A DNA stretch of 64,000 nucleotides, taken from contig CAWIGG010000004.1 of assembly GCA_963835575.1 (NCBI GenBank), forward strand, positions 608,001 to 672,000. The letters are read 5' to 3'. The position numbers were made by a program, and so were the translations under genes. Origin of the DNA: an uncultured Spirochaetota bacterium (lineage in GTDB: Bacteria; Spirochaetota; Brevinematia; Brevinematales; JAOACQ01). Below, piece by piece: positions 29,306-40,081 of this stretch. Each line of letters starts with the position of its first letter. The first letter of the stretch is position 1. A model generated the notes under the pieces. It did no database searches. It was not told the origin of the DNA and worked only from the letters and a program-made list of their open reading frames with translations.

Positions 29306-29948
29306 AAAAATCTCCTAACCACTCAAAAAGAGACCTGCTGGAAGAGACATTGATCTCTTTAAAACCCGGCGTATTGACGGCAAAATCATAATTATCGTAA
29401 GAGAGTATGTCAAATACGAGCCTGTCATTATTCATCTGAATTATCAATCTTTTCGGCCTTCCATCATCAAATCTTTTAGCTATTTCTATTTTAATGCTTT
29501 GTTCAAAATATGTAAATATAATTTGCTTTATTCTATTATTTTCTTTAACAACATCCCGGACCCAGTTATCCTTCCCGATTTTGTGAAATTCCGGAGTCAG
29601 CAGGCTGTAAAGATAGTGTGATGTAATGAGGGAGAAAGCCGGATCGTCCCTGTTATAAATTGTCCGGCTTTCCGGCAATATGACCGAATTTTTACCGCCG
29701 GCTTCAGCCAGAAGGTCAAACAGATGGTTATTCAGTATGTTGTCGTAAATCCTGAGCTTGAAAACATTGTCCATGATCAGGACCGCGTCGCCGGCGCCGT
29801 TAAGGTTCCGGTCTTCTGTTATTAAAAAAATAAAAAAATGAAAGGAAAGAAGATTGGGCGTATTGCTTTTTACCAGCCCTTGTTTTGAACAGTTCAGGTT
29901 TATAGAGGCGATCAAAATCATGATAAGCAGGAACAGCGCTTTTTTCAT
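29292..29948 (-). CDS. Hypothetical lipoprotein
   Basis: MKK + hydrophobic stretch + NLNC lipobox-like motif. Confidence 0.6.
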   Translation of the reverse strand: MKKALFLLIMILIASINLNCSKQGLVKSNTPNLLSFHFFIFLITEDRNLNGAGDAVLIMDNVFKLRIYDNILNNHLFDLLAEAGGKNSVILPESRTIYNRDDPAFSLITSHYLYSLLTPEFHKIGKDNWVRDVVKENNRIKQIIFTYFEQSIKIEIAKRFDDGRPKRLIIQMNNDRLVFDILSYDNYDFAVNTPGFKEINVSSSRSLFEWLGDFYAER

Positions 29949-29951
29949 AAT

Positions 29952-31262
29952 CTATCCCGTAATAGAAGCTTTGCTGAAAAGGATGTGAGGGGCGTAAAGA
30001 GAACCTTTTTTATGGACTTTACTTTCGATTGACCGAATGGATGTGAGCAGGTCATAAATATTGCCGGTCAGCATGACATCTTTGACGCGGCCTTTTATTT
30101 TCCCTTTTTCAATCAGGTAACCCAGCTCGACATTAACGGAAAAATCGCCGGCCACGATATTGCTCATACCGCCGCCCAGGAATTCATAGACCAGAAGCCC
30201 GTACTGGACCGATTCAATCATTTCTTCAAGGCTGGATTTGCCGCTTGAGACCATCAGATTGGAGAAGGAAGGGGAAGGCAGAGAACTGGTGTTTCTTGAG
30301 CCATGGCCAGTGCTTTTTTTATTCAATCTCCTGGCTGTTGTCAGGTCGTAAATAAAGTTCCTGAAAACCCCGTTTTCAATTACCGGGAGCGACTGCGGAA
30401 TGATCCCTTCATCATCAAAAGGATAGCTGCCGATGCCGTTTTCAAGGAGCGGGTTATCTATAAGAGTGAATGCCGGATCGGCGATCTTTTTATCCAGTTT
30501 TTCTGAAAGAACGGAAATGCCCTTGTAAAGGGTCTTGGCATTTGCCGCTATTTCAATGCCTTCAAGAAGCAGGCCGAGCGCCTCCGGGGTAAATATAACA
30601 GGGTAATAGCCCGTATTCATGCCGACTTTTTTTAACGCGTTTTTGTAGCGCCATTCGATATTACCGCAGATTGCGTCGATATCTATATCCGAAGAATAGG
30701 AAGCGTCGCCGTCGCTTACAGAGAGAAGCCCGCCTCCTTCCTCAACACGCAGCATATTGGCCGAAACGCCGTAATAGGTTTCCTCGTAGCTGCCCCAGAA
30801 TCCGCTGGTATTCGCCAGATAATTCCGGGAATAGGAAGTTGATACGCCGGCGTTAATTTTCGCTTCTTTATCAATTTCTTTAAGCCTTTTTATTATTTCC
30901 TCTCCTGTGGCGACAGCCTTTTCCTTCCGGTAATTTTTAATATCGGGATAATAAGTTTTCAGGATTGGATAATCAGAACTGGATGGAAGGTCTAAATCGA
31001 TTTCATCGCCGAGTGCGGCGCTTTCCAGCGCATTTTTAATAAGAATATCCCTGTCCTGAAGCGAATTGATGAAAGAATTTCCGACCCTTCCGTTGCTGAA
31101 GGCCCTGAGCCCGATGCTGAAACGGCTGATATCCTCAATTGTTTTTAATTGGTCCATCTCAAATTCGACAGGAGTATTTTCCGAATAAACGGCAAGTACA
31201 TCGCCTTTCGGAATCCCGGCGCAGATGCTTTTAACAGTTGCTTCCAATTCTGAAAAGTCCAT
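29952..31262 (-). CDS. pmbA: TldD/PmbA-family protein (PmbA/TldE-like)
   Basis: PFDDEG, STGHG.R, SNLMV..G, AGDFSV; no HExxxH; start 31262. Confidence 0.85.
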   Translation of the reverse strand: MDFSELEATVKSICAGIPKGDVLAVYSENTPVEFEMDQLKTIEDISRFSIGLRAFSNGRVGNSFINSLQDRDILIKNALESAALGDEIDLDLPSSSDYPILKTYYPDIKNYRKEKAVATGEEIIKRLKEIDKEAKINAGVSTSYSRNYLANTSGFWGSYEETYYGVSANMLRVEEGGGLLSVSDGDASYSSDIDIDAICGNIEWRYKNALKKVGMNTGYYPVIFTPEALGLLLEGIEIAANAKTLYKGISVLSEKLDKKIADPAFTLIDNPLLENGIGSYPFDDEGIIPQSLPVIENGVFRNFIYDLTTARRLNKKSTGHGSRNTSSLPSPSFSNLMVSSGKSSLEEMIESVQYGLLVYEFLGGGMSNIVAGDFSVNVELGYLIEKGKIKGRVKDVMLTGNIYDLLTSIRSIESKVHKKGSLYAPHILFSKASITG

Positions 31263-31300
31263 TATATCTCCTCGCTTGTTTAATATACGCCATAATATAT

Positions 31301-33066
31301 GGCCCTGCTGAAAAAATTCAAACACAAGCATAGGGGATATTCCGGCAAATTTTCAACCGCACAAGGAAAAAGATTAAGAAATCAAAGGCCATGTCGGCGG
31401 CAGCCTTCGATTTATCAGCCAAATAGCCCCGATATCTCTTGAAATTAATCCCGATTCCCCTTAAAAGCATGCGGGTTTTGACTTTTACCAGACCACGGAA
31501 CAAAATCCTGCCGCTCAAATACTTTGGTTTCAATAAACTCATCAATCCTTCTACGGCAGGGCGTAGTCCCATCAGAAATTTTCCTGCATCCATACATATC
31601 AATTCCAAAAATTCATCCATCCATTCCCTTTTGGCGTCTATTACCAGCCGACTTTGCTTCTTGCCGACACAGGCCAGACAATTTTCTTTCTTATCGCAGG
31701 CGGCACATTTTTTTACATCAAAATTCAATACCACGGAACCATCTTCATTTTCAATAATGCTATTCGGGATTTCTCCCGCCGGACACATCCCATATTTGCC
31801 GGTTTTTGGGTCTGTATACTCAGAAAGTTTCGCTTTGTTTTTTATCCCTTCCAGATCGACGCCGCGTATCGCGCTCATTACCAGTTGAACGTCTTCGCCG
31901 CTCTCATTCCGAAGGTCTTCAGAATTATAACCGCCATCGCTTATCGCTGTTTCAATATTCGTTTCCTTTTTTAAATTAGATAGTTGCCTGCGGAATAAAT
32001 CCCCATCGTCAGCATTATTTGATGCGGTTTCTATGCTGGTAATCACCTGCATCGGATTTTGAGGGTCACAGGTTTCAACCGCGTTCACCTTATACCCGAC
32101 ATACTGTTTTCCCCGCTTCTCCCGGTAGGTCGCGTCTTCGTCCACCGGCGACTGCATCGATGAGGCTTTGATTTCCCGCGGCAGCTTCAGCGTCACCTTG
32201 CCTTCTTTTTCTATCCGGCATTGTTCCCGCAAAAGTCTCATTGCCTGCCGGAAACTCTTTTGTTTCCTGACTTTATTGTGAAACACGTTCTCTGTAATCA
32301 GCCCGAATATTTCCTCGCCAATTTCCACCGTTTTCGATTCGTAATTCTCCTTTTTCAGTCGATAACTGAATCCGTCCTCATTTTGTTTTAGAAAATCCTT
32401 ACATCTTTCACTTAAGGAAAATCCAGCATTGGAAACATCTTCCGCCATATTGGACAACACTTTATGAAACAGCATAACCCGATTCAGCCGCTTGATATTG
32501 GCCCCAATCATTACAGAATCTGTCCTCTGCAGTCCGGTTTTGATCCCGACCTCTCCAATTAAAAGATCCCGAAACTCATCAAATATAACGTCAAAAAGCC
32601 CGTCCTGATTCTCCGCCACAGCGGCACGAAAATAGTATAACGTCCTGATCGACATCTGCTGCGCGTTGATGTCTTCCAATCCCAGCGCGTATCGAAACGA
32701 TAAATCATATCGATACCGCTCAAACAACTGTTCATCGGTCAGAGAGAATAGCTCTTTCATGATTTCCAGCCCGGCTAATATGTTGACCGGGAAATTACTC
32801 CTACCAAGTTTTGGGTCATATAGTGGAGCAAACTTCCGCTCATTTATTTTTGAGAAAACTTTCTGGTAAAAAAGCCCGGCCCAGCTTTCATTTAAACTTT
32901 CTCTCATTTCCTGGTTCATTTCATATCTTACCGGATATAAATCCTGTTCTATATGTCTCTGATTCAGCTTGAACATTTTGACCTCTCTCTGATTCATGTG
33001 CATATATTATAACGAGTTATGCAACTTTTGTACATGAATCGGTAGGATTGTTTTTGCAGTAGGGCC
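31301..33066 (-). mobile_element. IS1182/IS5-like insertion sequence
   Basis: Imperfect TIR GGCCCTGCTGAAAAAA / GGCCCTACTGCAAAAA; flanks share AT only. Confidence 0.85.
31318..33003 (-). CDS. DDE transposase (IS1182-like; probable start 32976)
   Basis: DUF772-like N-terminus, RTDS, QSPVDEDATYR, DGGY, CP...CAAC, RPAVEG. Confidence 0.85.
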   Translation of the reverse strand: MHMNQREVKMFKLNQRHIEQDLYPVRYEMNQEMRESLNESWAGLFYQKVFSKINERKFAPLYDPKLGRSNFPVNILAGLEIMKELFSLTDEQLFERYRYDLSFRYALGLEDINAQQMSIRTLYYFRAAVAENQDGLFDVIFDEFRDLLIGEVGIKTGLQRTDSVMIGANIKRLNRVMLFHKVLSNMAEDVSNAGFSLSERCKDFLKQNEDGFSYRLKKENYESKTVEIGEEIFGLITENVFHNKVRKQKSFRQAMRLLREQCRIEKEGKVTLKLPREIKASSMQSPVDEDATYREKRGKQYVGYKVNAVETCDPQNPMQVITSIETASNNADDGDLFRRQLSNLKKETNIETAISDGGYNSEDLRNESGEDVQLVMSAIRGVDLEGIKNKAKLSEYTDPKTGKYGMCPAGEIPNSIIENEDGSVVLNFDVKKCAACDKKENCLACVGKKQSRLVIDAKREWMDEFLELICMDAGKFLMGLRPAVEGLMSLLKPKYLSGRILFRGLVKVKTRMLLRGIGINFKRYRGYLADKSKAAADMAFDFLIFFLVRLKICRNIPYACV

Positions 33067-33119
33067 ATAAATATTTCATTTATAATATAATTTTAAAGCG
33101 AATAAACTCGAGTTGACAA

Positions 33120-33596
33120 TTAACCTCTAATCAGAGCCACTTTACCTGTTCTTGCCATTTCTTTTATACCATATACTTTAAGAAGATCAATTACAGCGTC
33201 AATTTTCTGTGAATCACCCGTTACTTCAACTGTAAGAGCTTCATGTGAAATATCCACAACTCTCCCTTTAAATACATCCGCTATTTCAATGATTTCCCTT
33301 CTTTTTGCAGAATCAACAACCACTTTAATCAAAGCGAGTTCCCTGGAAATATGCCCCTGTTCCGTAAGGTCTTTAACCTTTATCACATCAATAAGTTTAT
33401 TTAATTGCTTCTTAACCTGGTCAATAACGCGCTCATCCCCGTCCACAACAATAGTCATAATGGAAACAGTCGGATCTTCAGTTTCCGCCACAGCAAGGCT
33501 GGAAATATTAAAACCCCTTGCTGAAAATAAACCCGCCACCCTGGCTAAAACCCCGAAATGGTTTTCTACCAGTACAGAAAGAGTATATTTAATCAT
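33120..33596 (-). CDS. ilvN: Acetolactate synthase small subunit
   Basis: [29 protein letters not shown]. Confidence 0.96.
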   Translation of the reverse strand: MIKYTLSVLVENHFGVLARVAGLFSARGFNISSLAVAETEDPTVSIMTIVVDGDERVIDQVKKQLNKLIDVIKVKDLTEQGHISRELALIKVVVDSAKRREIIEIADVFKGRVVDISHEALTVEVTGDSQKIDAVIDLLKVYGIKEMARTGKVALIRG

Positions 33597-35305
33597 GCCA
33601 AACCTCCAATCATCTGGGTCAGGCTTGCGCCAGGAGGCACCATAGGATAAACATTTTCTTCTTTACTGATTATCACATCGAGTAAAGCCGGGCCGTCATA
33701 AGCTATCATTTCTTTTAACGCAGGCACCAGTTCGCCGGGTTTTGAAACTCTCCTTCCCCAAAATCCGTAAGCTTCAGCCACTTTGACAAAGTCGGGATAA
33801 TATTTCCCGGTCGATTTATTGTGATCATGCTTTTCAAGTAAAACGGCAGAATAGCGTTTTTTATAAAATAATTCCTGCCATTGCCTGACCATTCCCAGAT
33901 AAGCATTGTCCATAATGACAATTTTTATATTTATATCATTGCTGATAGCCGTTGCTAATTCCTGAATATTCATCTGTATTGAACCGTCGCCGGCAATATT
34001 AAAAACGAGTTTATCCTTTTTGCCGACTTTCGCTCCGATTGAAGCCGGCAGACCGTATCCCATTGTACCCAGACCGCCTGAAGTAAGCAGTGTCCTGGGA
34101 TGCTTAAAATCAAAATATTGAGCTACCCACATCTGGTGCTGCCCCACTTCTGTCGCTATAATGGCTTCACCTTTTGTCAAATCGCTGATTTTTTGAATAA
34201 CAAACTGCGGTTTTATCTCATCATCGCTTCCCAGATATCCCAGCGGATTATCTTTTTTCCAATCTGCAATCTGCTTTGTCCACTCCCCGATATTCAAGGG
34301 TTTTACTTCTTTTATCATCTCTTTTAACACGGCTTTTACATCCCCAACAATAGGCACATCAACAACGACAGTTTTACTGATAGAAGTCGGGTCAATATCA
34401 ATATGTATGATATGAGCATTCCTTGCGAATTCATCAATTTTTCCGGTCACACGGTCATCAAACCGGGCGCCAATCGCAATGATCAGATCTGAATTATGGA
34501 CTGCGTAATTCGCATACATGGTCCCATGCATACCCAGCATACCCAGATAAAGCGGATCATTTATATCGGCAGGATAAGCTCCCAGGCCCATTAACGTACT
34601 GGTGCATGGTATCCCGGTCTGCTTCACAAAATCGATCAATTCTTTTGAAGCATTGCTCAGAATCACTCCGCCGCCGAAGTAAATCAAAGGCTTTTTAACG
34701 GAATCCATCAAGGTTAATGCTTTTTTAATCTGGCCTTTATGGACCTTGACATTAGGATTATAACTCCGGAGATCTAATTTTTCCGGATATTCAAATTCCG
34801 TCTTGCTTGTAAATACATCCTTCGGCAGGTCAATCAGCACCGGGCCGGGTCTTCCTGTGCTTGCGACATAAAATGCTTCTTTAACTATCCGGGCCAGATC
34901 TTTCACATCTTTTACAAGATAATTATGCTTTGTGATGGGCCGTGTTATGCCCGTGATATCCGCTTCCTGAAAAGCATCGCTGCCGATCATAGAAGTGACA
35001 ACCTGCCCGGTCAATGCAATCATAGGTATGGAATCCATATAAGCAGTCGCGATGCCTGTTACCAGGTTTGTCGCCCCTGGTCCGCTTGTGGCAAGGCAAA
35101 CCCCGACTTTCCCTGTTGCTCTCGCATATCCGTCCGCCATATGCGCGGCTCCCTGCTCATGCCGGACATGGATCAGATTTATATCCTTTTCATCATATAA
35201 TTCATCAAATAATGGTATGACTACACCGCCGGGGTAACCAAAGATCGTATCAACGCCTTCCTTTTTCAAGCTTTCAATTAAAATCCTCGCACCATTTAAG
35301 ACCAC
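33593..35305 (-). CDS. ilvB: Acetolactate synthase large subunit
   Basis: [23 protein letters not shown] start 35305 after AAGGAGG. Confidence 0.97.
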   Translation of the reverse strand: MVLNGARILIESLKKEGVDTIFGYPGGVVIPLFDELYDEKDINLIHVRHEQGAAHMADGYARATGKVGVCLATSGPGATNLVTGIATAYMDSIPMIALTGQVVTSMIGSDAFQEADITGITRPITKHNYLVKDVKDLARIVKEAFYVASTGRPGPVLIDLPKDVFTSKTEFEYPEKLDLRSYNPNVKVHKGQIKKALTLMDSVKKPLIYFGGGVILSNASKELIDFVKQTGIPCTSTLMGLGAYPADINDPLYLGMLGMHGTMYANYAVHNSDLIIAIGARFDDRVTGKIDEFARNAHIIHIDIDPTSISKTVVVDVPIVGDVKAVLKEMIKEVKPLNIGEWTKQIADWKKDNPLGYLGSDDEIKPQFVIQKISDLTKGEAIIATEVGQHQMWVAQYFDFKHPRTLLTSGGLGTMGYGLPASIGAKVGKKDKLVFNIAGDGSIQMNIQELATAISNDINIKIVIMDNAYLGMVRQWQELFYKKRYSAVLLEKHDHNKSTGKYYPDFVKVAEAYGFWGRRVSKPGELVPALKEMIAYDGPALLDVIISKEENVYPMVPPGASLTQMIGGLA

Positions 35306-35406
35306 TGCCGACCTCCTTAAAAATAACCGGAGATATATTAAATAATAAAATAAAGATTGTGTCAAACTTTAATTCATACCATCCGGAACCTGAAGTTTAT
35401 AATCCA

Positions 35407-36987
35407 TTATTGATTAGAATAATAATAGAAGAGAAGCTGACCAACCGATATGCCGCTGTCATCAATCGGAATATTTCTCGGCATAAAGAGCTTAAAGCCT
35501 TTTTTGTCGAGTTCCTGATAAATAATCGTTAAAAAATGAGGATGCTTAAAATATTCCCCGGCTAACACAACCTTTTTCTCCTTATGTTTTTTAGAAATCT
35601 TTTCAATAAGCTGTGCTGTCGCTTGTGAAATTGATAATATAACATTACTGATAAGCTGCTGTGCTTCAACCTTAGCCAATATCTCTGAAATCACTACTTT
35701 AAACAGCTGATAAGTATCCACTAAATATTTTCCGTCTTCTTCTATTATTGGGATATCATACGCTTTTCCCGTAAGTTTTTCAACAATTGACTGATCCATC
35801 ATATTTTCAAAGTATTCAAAATCATACGTCGCTTCTTCATAAAAAATGATTTCTCCCAAAGCAGCGATAATATGGTGCATACTCGATGAAAGCGAATAGC
35901 TGATATTTCCCTGATTGATCGCATCAAAAATATAACTGTAATTCGGATTATCCTTGATATGCTTGATGAGAGGCAGCTTTATCGATTCCAGATCGGTTTT
36001 AGTAACTTCCTTCAAAACAGCTAAAGCAATCCTCCAGGGCTCAATATTCGCAATATCCCCGCCGGGAAGCGGAAGAGGTTTCCATCCACCCGCTATTTCC
36101 AGGCTTCCAAGGCTTCCATAAAGAACTTCACTGCCCCGGATCTGATCACTGTCATCATAGCTGATGCTGTCATATACTATTCCAATGCTTTTTTCTTTTA
36201 ATAAATCATTATCATAGAGAACGTTAGCCATATGAGAAAAAATATGATTGACGCTATTAACAACCGGAAACCTTCTTGTATAATCCGATATCATAGAATA
36301 ATTATTATAATCTTTCAGTATTGTAATGTTCTTAAACTTGCCATGCCCTATGATTGAGTTTACCATTATATCCATGGCATCTATTTCATAGAGGTTATCC
36401 AATTCACCAAAATTAGGCGATATGGTTATCTGGTTGTCTTCAAGATAGGATATAGTAAAATCTTTTTCATATCCAAGTGATAAATACTGCTTTTTCTGAT
36501 CTTTTTGATCAATTTCAATGCCATAATAAGAAAAAGGTGAATACGAAACCGGGATCAATTGATTCATACAATAAATATTAAAAGTAGGGCAAAAATCACC
36601 CGTTATTTCAAAAACTTCTTTTTTCCCCGACAGTTCTTCTGATAAAATAAGATAATCAATATTATTATTTTCACTTTTTATTACGGGAAAAACGTTTTCT
36701 TCAAAAAATTTCTTTAAAGCTTCTGTTGCGCACAAACAAACATAAAAAAACCCTCCCTTTTTTGTTATATTACTCATTCCGATTTTAGTAGGAGATGCAA
36801 AAAACGCCATGAACTTTTTTGTTATCGCCTGCGGACTTACTTCAAAATATTTGGTCAGAGTCTTCTCATCAAAAAATAAAATTGTGTTTCGTTCTGCATT
36901 TCTGCTCTTTGATATATCAAGAAGAACGGTAAAGATCCTTCCGGAGGGAAATTTGAGAAATATCGGCTTCATTATAACCTCGCTCAT
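35407..36987 (-). CDS. HypF-like protein (Kae1-like C-terminal region, degenerate)
   Basis: LPLPGGD...EPWR, GSEVL, DSGISVGQ resemble the HypF C-terminus; no acylphosphatase or Zn-finger region. Confidence 0.75.
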   Translation of the reverse strand: MSEVIMKPIFLKFPSGRIFTVLLDISKSRNAERNTILFFDEKTLTKYFEVSPQAITKKFMAFFASPTKIGMSNITKKGGFFYVCLCATEALKKFFEENVFPVIKSENNNIDYLILSEELSGKKEVFEITGDFCPTFNIYCMNQLIPVSYSPFSYYGIEIDQKDQKKQYLSLGYEKDFTISYLEDNQITISPNFGELDNLYEIDAMDIMVNSIIGHGKFKNITILKDYNNYSMISDYTRRFPVVNSVNHIFSHMANVLYDNDLLKEKSIGIVYDSISYDDSDQIRGSEVLYGSLGSLEIAGGWKPLPLPGGDIANIEPWRIALAVLKEVTKTDLESIKLPLIKHIKDNPNYSYIFDAINQGNISYSLSSSMHHIIAALGEIIFYEEATYDFEYFENMMDQSIVEKLTGKAYDIPIIEEDGKYLVDTYQLFKVVISEILAKVEAQQLISNVILSISQATAQLIEKISKKHKEKKVVLAGEYFKHPHFLTIIYQELDKKGFKLFMPRNIPIDDSGISVGQLLFYYYSNQ

Positions 36988-37084
36988 ATATTTTAATAGC
37001 TATTTTATTTAAATCAAGATTTAACATAATAAAACTTTCTATAAGGAAACATTTTTCTATATATGGTTTAATACAATGATCTTC

Positions 37085-38977
37085 TTAGTTCGTTTTTATT
37101 TTTATTATTAATAAATCATTTTTTGGATTTATATCATATCCTTTTGAATAGAATTTTTTTGCTTCTTCTTTATTGCCCATTTTCTCATAGATCATGCCTA
37201 TGTGGTAATAAATTTCATCCAGTCCTTCCTGGCTCCTTTCCTGTGAAATCTGATATAAGATCTGATTAAATATTTCAAATGATTTGTTATAATCCTCTTT
37301 TTGGAAATAAATCCAGCCGAGGGTATCCAGATAGGCGAAATTTTCGGGATGCGATAAAAGTGAAAGATTGACAAGGCGGAGCGCCTCATCCAGTTTTGTT
37401 TTTTCAATAGCGTATATATAAGCAAGAAGATTATTCATTTCTGCGCTGTGCTCATCATACTTAATACCATTCTCCAGGTATTCCATTGCCTTTTTTGTAT
37501 TCTTCATTTCAAAATAGCTTGTTCCCAGAAAGAAATACAGCTTCGCTTCCTTTCCGTCCGCTTTTAACGCTTCTTCAAAATCCCGGATTGCTTCAGTATA
37601 CCTTTTGTTTTCAAAATGGATCAAACCGGAATAAAAATAAACCTGAAAAAGATCGCTTTTCTTGCCGGCATCTTCTTTTGCCTTTTTCAGCATTTGCCCG
37701 GCCATTTCCATATTATTAATTCTGTAATACATGTCTGAGATTCTAATCAATGCCTGTATTTTAAACTCATCGCTGGCGGGATGCTGAAGATATTTATTAT
37801 AGAATATAATTGCATTTGTATAATCGTTCTTATCATCATAAAGCGAACCGATCAGCCAGTATACAGACGGAATGGAATTTGTATTATCCTGCAGTATTTT
37901 AAAATACTGTATTGCCATATCGATTCTACCGGCTTCCTTCGCTTTATTCCCGATAAAAAAAGCCTGCTGAGTGGCCTTGATATGGTCTCCTATCGCTTCA
38001 TAGTTTAAATAGTAAAGATAGAGTGAATAAAAATCAACTACCTTTTTTTCTGCAATAGAACGGTCCAATTCTTTAACGGAATTGTCATACTCTTTTTTTA
38101 AATAATAATCAATCGACTGAAGAAAGGCGGACCTGTCCTTGTTTTCATTAATAATATTCGTAAGTTCGGCGGACTTTTTCATAAATAAAACCCCGCCGTA
38201 CAAATCGATCACATCTTCACTTCTATAAAAATCCGGAATGAGCTCAAAGTTTTCAATTGCCTTATCATATTCCAGAATGTTTGCATAGGTAAAAGCTATT
38301 GCTTTTATCAGGTCGTAATCTTTAGAATATATATCTTTGGCTTTTTCCAGGTATTGTATCGCGTATTGAAAATCCTGTTCCATCAGCGCTATTATTCCCA
38401 GAGTATAATAAGCCCGGTATGCCGCCATTAATTCAAATTCCTTATTGGTTATTGGCGCCGCTATGACTTTCTGCAGATAATATGCCGCCTGCCCGTACCG
38501 TTTATTGACATAGTAATAATCGCCGAGGTAATAATTGGCGAAAATATCCATTTCGTCAATTTCAAGTATTTTTTGCAGGGCATTCACATATTCCACAACC
38601 AGGCCCTGATTTCTGGCCGAATCGGTGTAATAATACAGTATTTTTTTATCATTTGTATAAATGCTAATAGCTTCTTTGATATAATTCATCTCATCTTTGT
38701 ATAAATCTTTTACCAAATTATTGCCGGAGGATAATGTCCCGATTTTTGAAGTATAGGCTTCCAGAAGCGAATAATAGACATACTTATCCTTAACCTGATG
38801 AGATATCAGATATTGATACTTTTTTATTGCTTCATCATATTTACCTTCTGAAGAAAGCTGTACAGCTTCGGCAAAGATCATCTCTGTTTCATTTGAGCGC
38901 TTATCTTCATCAGATTCTGAAAAAGCCAGAGTATTTATGATAATGAGAGATATTAATACAAAAAATGTTCTTTTCAT
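37085..38977 (-). CDS. Exported TPR-repeat protein
   Basis: Signal peptide; multiple TPRs; YLDTLGWIYF. Confidence 0.88.
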   Translation of the reverse strand: MKRTFFVLISLIIINTLAFSESDEDKRSNETEMIFAEAVQLSSEGKYDEAIKKYQYLISHQVKDKYVYYSLLEAYTSKIGTLSSGNNLVKDLYKDEMNYIKEAISIYTNDKKILYYYTDSARNQGLVVEYVNALQKILEIDEMDIFANYYLGDYYYVNKRYGQAAYYLQKVIAAPITNKEFELMAAYRAYYTLGIIALMEQDFQYAIQYLEKAKDIYSKDYDLIKAIAFTYANILEYDKAIENFELIPDFYRSEDVIDLYGGVLFMKKSAELTNIINENKDRSAFLQSIDYYLKKEYDNSVKELDRSIAEKKVVDFYSLYLYYLNYEAIGDHIKATQQAFFIGNKAKEAGRIDMAIQYFKILQDNTNSIPSVYWLIGSLYDDKNDYTNAIIFYNKYLQHPASDEFKIQALIRISDMYYRINNMEMAGQMLKKAKEDAGKKSDLFQVYFYSGLIHFENKRYTEAIRDFEEALKADGKEAKLYFFLGTSYFEMKNTKKAMEYLENGIKYDEHSAEMNNLLAYIYAIEKTKLDEALRLVNLSLLSHPENFAYLDTLGWIYFQKEDYNKSFEIFNQILYQISQERSQEGLDEIYYHIGMIYEKMGNKEEAKKFYSKGYDINPKNDLLIIKIKTN

Positions 38978-38979
38978 GA

Positions 38980-39642
38980 TTAACCTCTGAAACCAAGAAT
39001 AGTCAGTATAAAATACGCCAGATTTGTAAAAAGATAACCGGCCGGTTTAAAAATAAACTGGCCTATCGGCGTTGTAAAAAGCAGGAATAAAATACCTAAA
39101 AAAGCCTTTTCCCTTCCCCTGACAATATTGGTAATTTTTTCAGAAATGCTGACCGGTAGAATATTCACAACAAAATTATAGCCGTCCAGGGGAGGTATGG
39201 GCAATATATTGAGATAAATAAGTATAAAGTTCGTCGCGGCCAGGTCAATAAAAACATTCATTTTTGTAAATGTATAAACAACGATCATAAAGAAGAGCAT
39301 AATAAAATTAGCTGTGACGCCGGCCAGCGATACAGTTATTTCACCCCATCTCCTGTTAATAAAAAGATCGGGGTTGACAGGCACAGGCTTGGCCCAGCCG
39401 ATAATAATGCTCGAACCTGAAATAATCTTAAATAAAAAACCTGCTGCAGGCAGAATAATACTTCCAAGCATATCTATATGGGGCAGAGGATTAATTGTTA
39501 TCCGGCCCATTTTTTTTGCGGTATCATCGCCGAAAAGGTAAGCAGCAAAACCATGGGCAATTTCATGAAAAATGATACTGTATATAAAAAGAACGGCATA
39601 AATAACAAAATAGAGAATTTTCGGATAGAGATTTTCCAGCAT
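38980..39642 (-). CDS. Site-2 protease (M50) family
   Basis: HEIAH, NPLPHID, GWAKPVPVNP, NILPIPPLDG. Confidence 0.95.
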   Translation of the reverse strand: MLENLYPKILYFVIYAVLFIYSIIFHEIAHGFAAYLFGDDTAKKMGRITINPLPHIDMLGSIILPAAGFLFKIISGSSIIIGWAKPVPVNPDLFINRRWGEITVSLAGVTANFIMLFFMIVVYTFTKMNVFIDLAATNFILIYLNILPIPPLDGYNFVVNILPVSISEKITNIVRGREKAFLGILFLLFTTPIGQFIFKPAGYLFTNLAYFILTILGFRG

Positions 39643-39852
39643 AACATCTTCCTTAATTATAAATCATATCATAGAGCTGAAATTTTATCAAAATGAGGAA
39701 AGAGATACTTTTCAGAATGGAAATGAAAAGAATAAGCTGATTCTTCTAAAATACCCCTGGTCATAATAAAAAACTGATAAGACACTATTCAAGCTTCAAA
39801 TATTTAGCACTATTTAGCTATATCAATATAAATAAACTCTATGAATTAAATC

Positions 39853-39925
39853 AGCCACCGAGCGGGCTTGAACCGCTGACCTATTGATTACGAATCAATT
39901 GCTCTACCAGCTGAGCTACGGTGGC
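39853..39925 (-). tRNA. tRNA-Thr(CGT)
   Basis: GCCACCGTAGCTCAGCTGGTAGAGC...TT-CGT-AA...GGTTCAAG...CGGTGGCT cloverleaf; no encoded CCA. Confidence 0.95.
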
Positions 39926-40081
39926 AAGGATCCTATTTCATGATTTTATAAGACATTATTTTATCATAATTTTGACTCTTACGCAAAAAGTTATTGCCCT
40001 TGGATTATTCTAATAAAAAAACCTTTGATTTTTTTTAAATGCCGTTTATAATAAGAATAATAAAAGACGAAGGAGGGAAAA

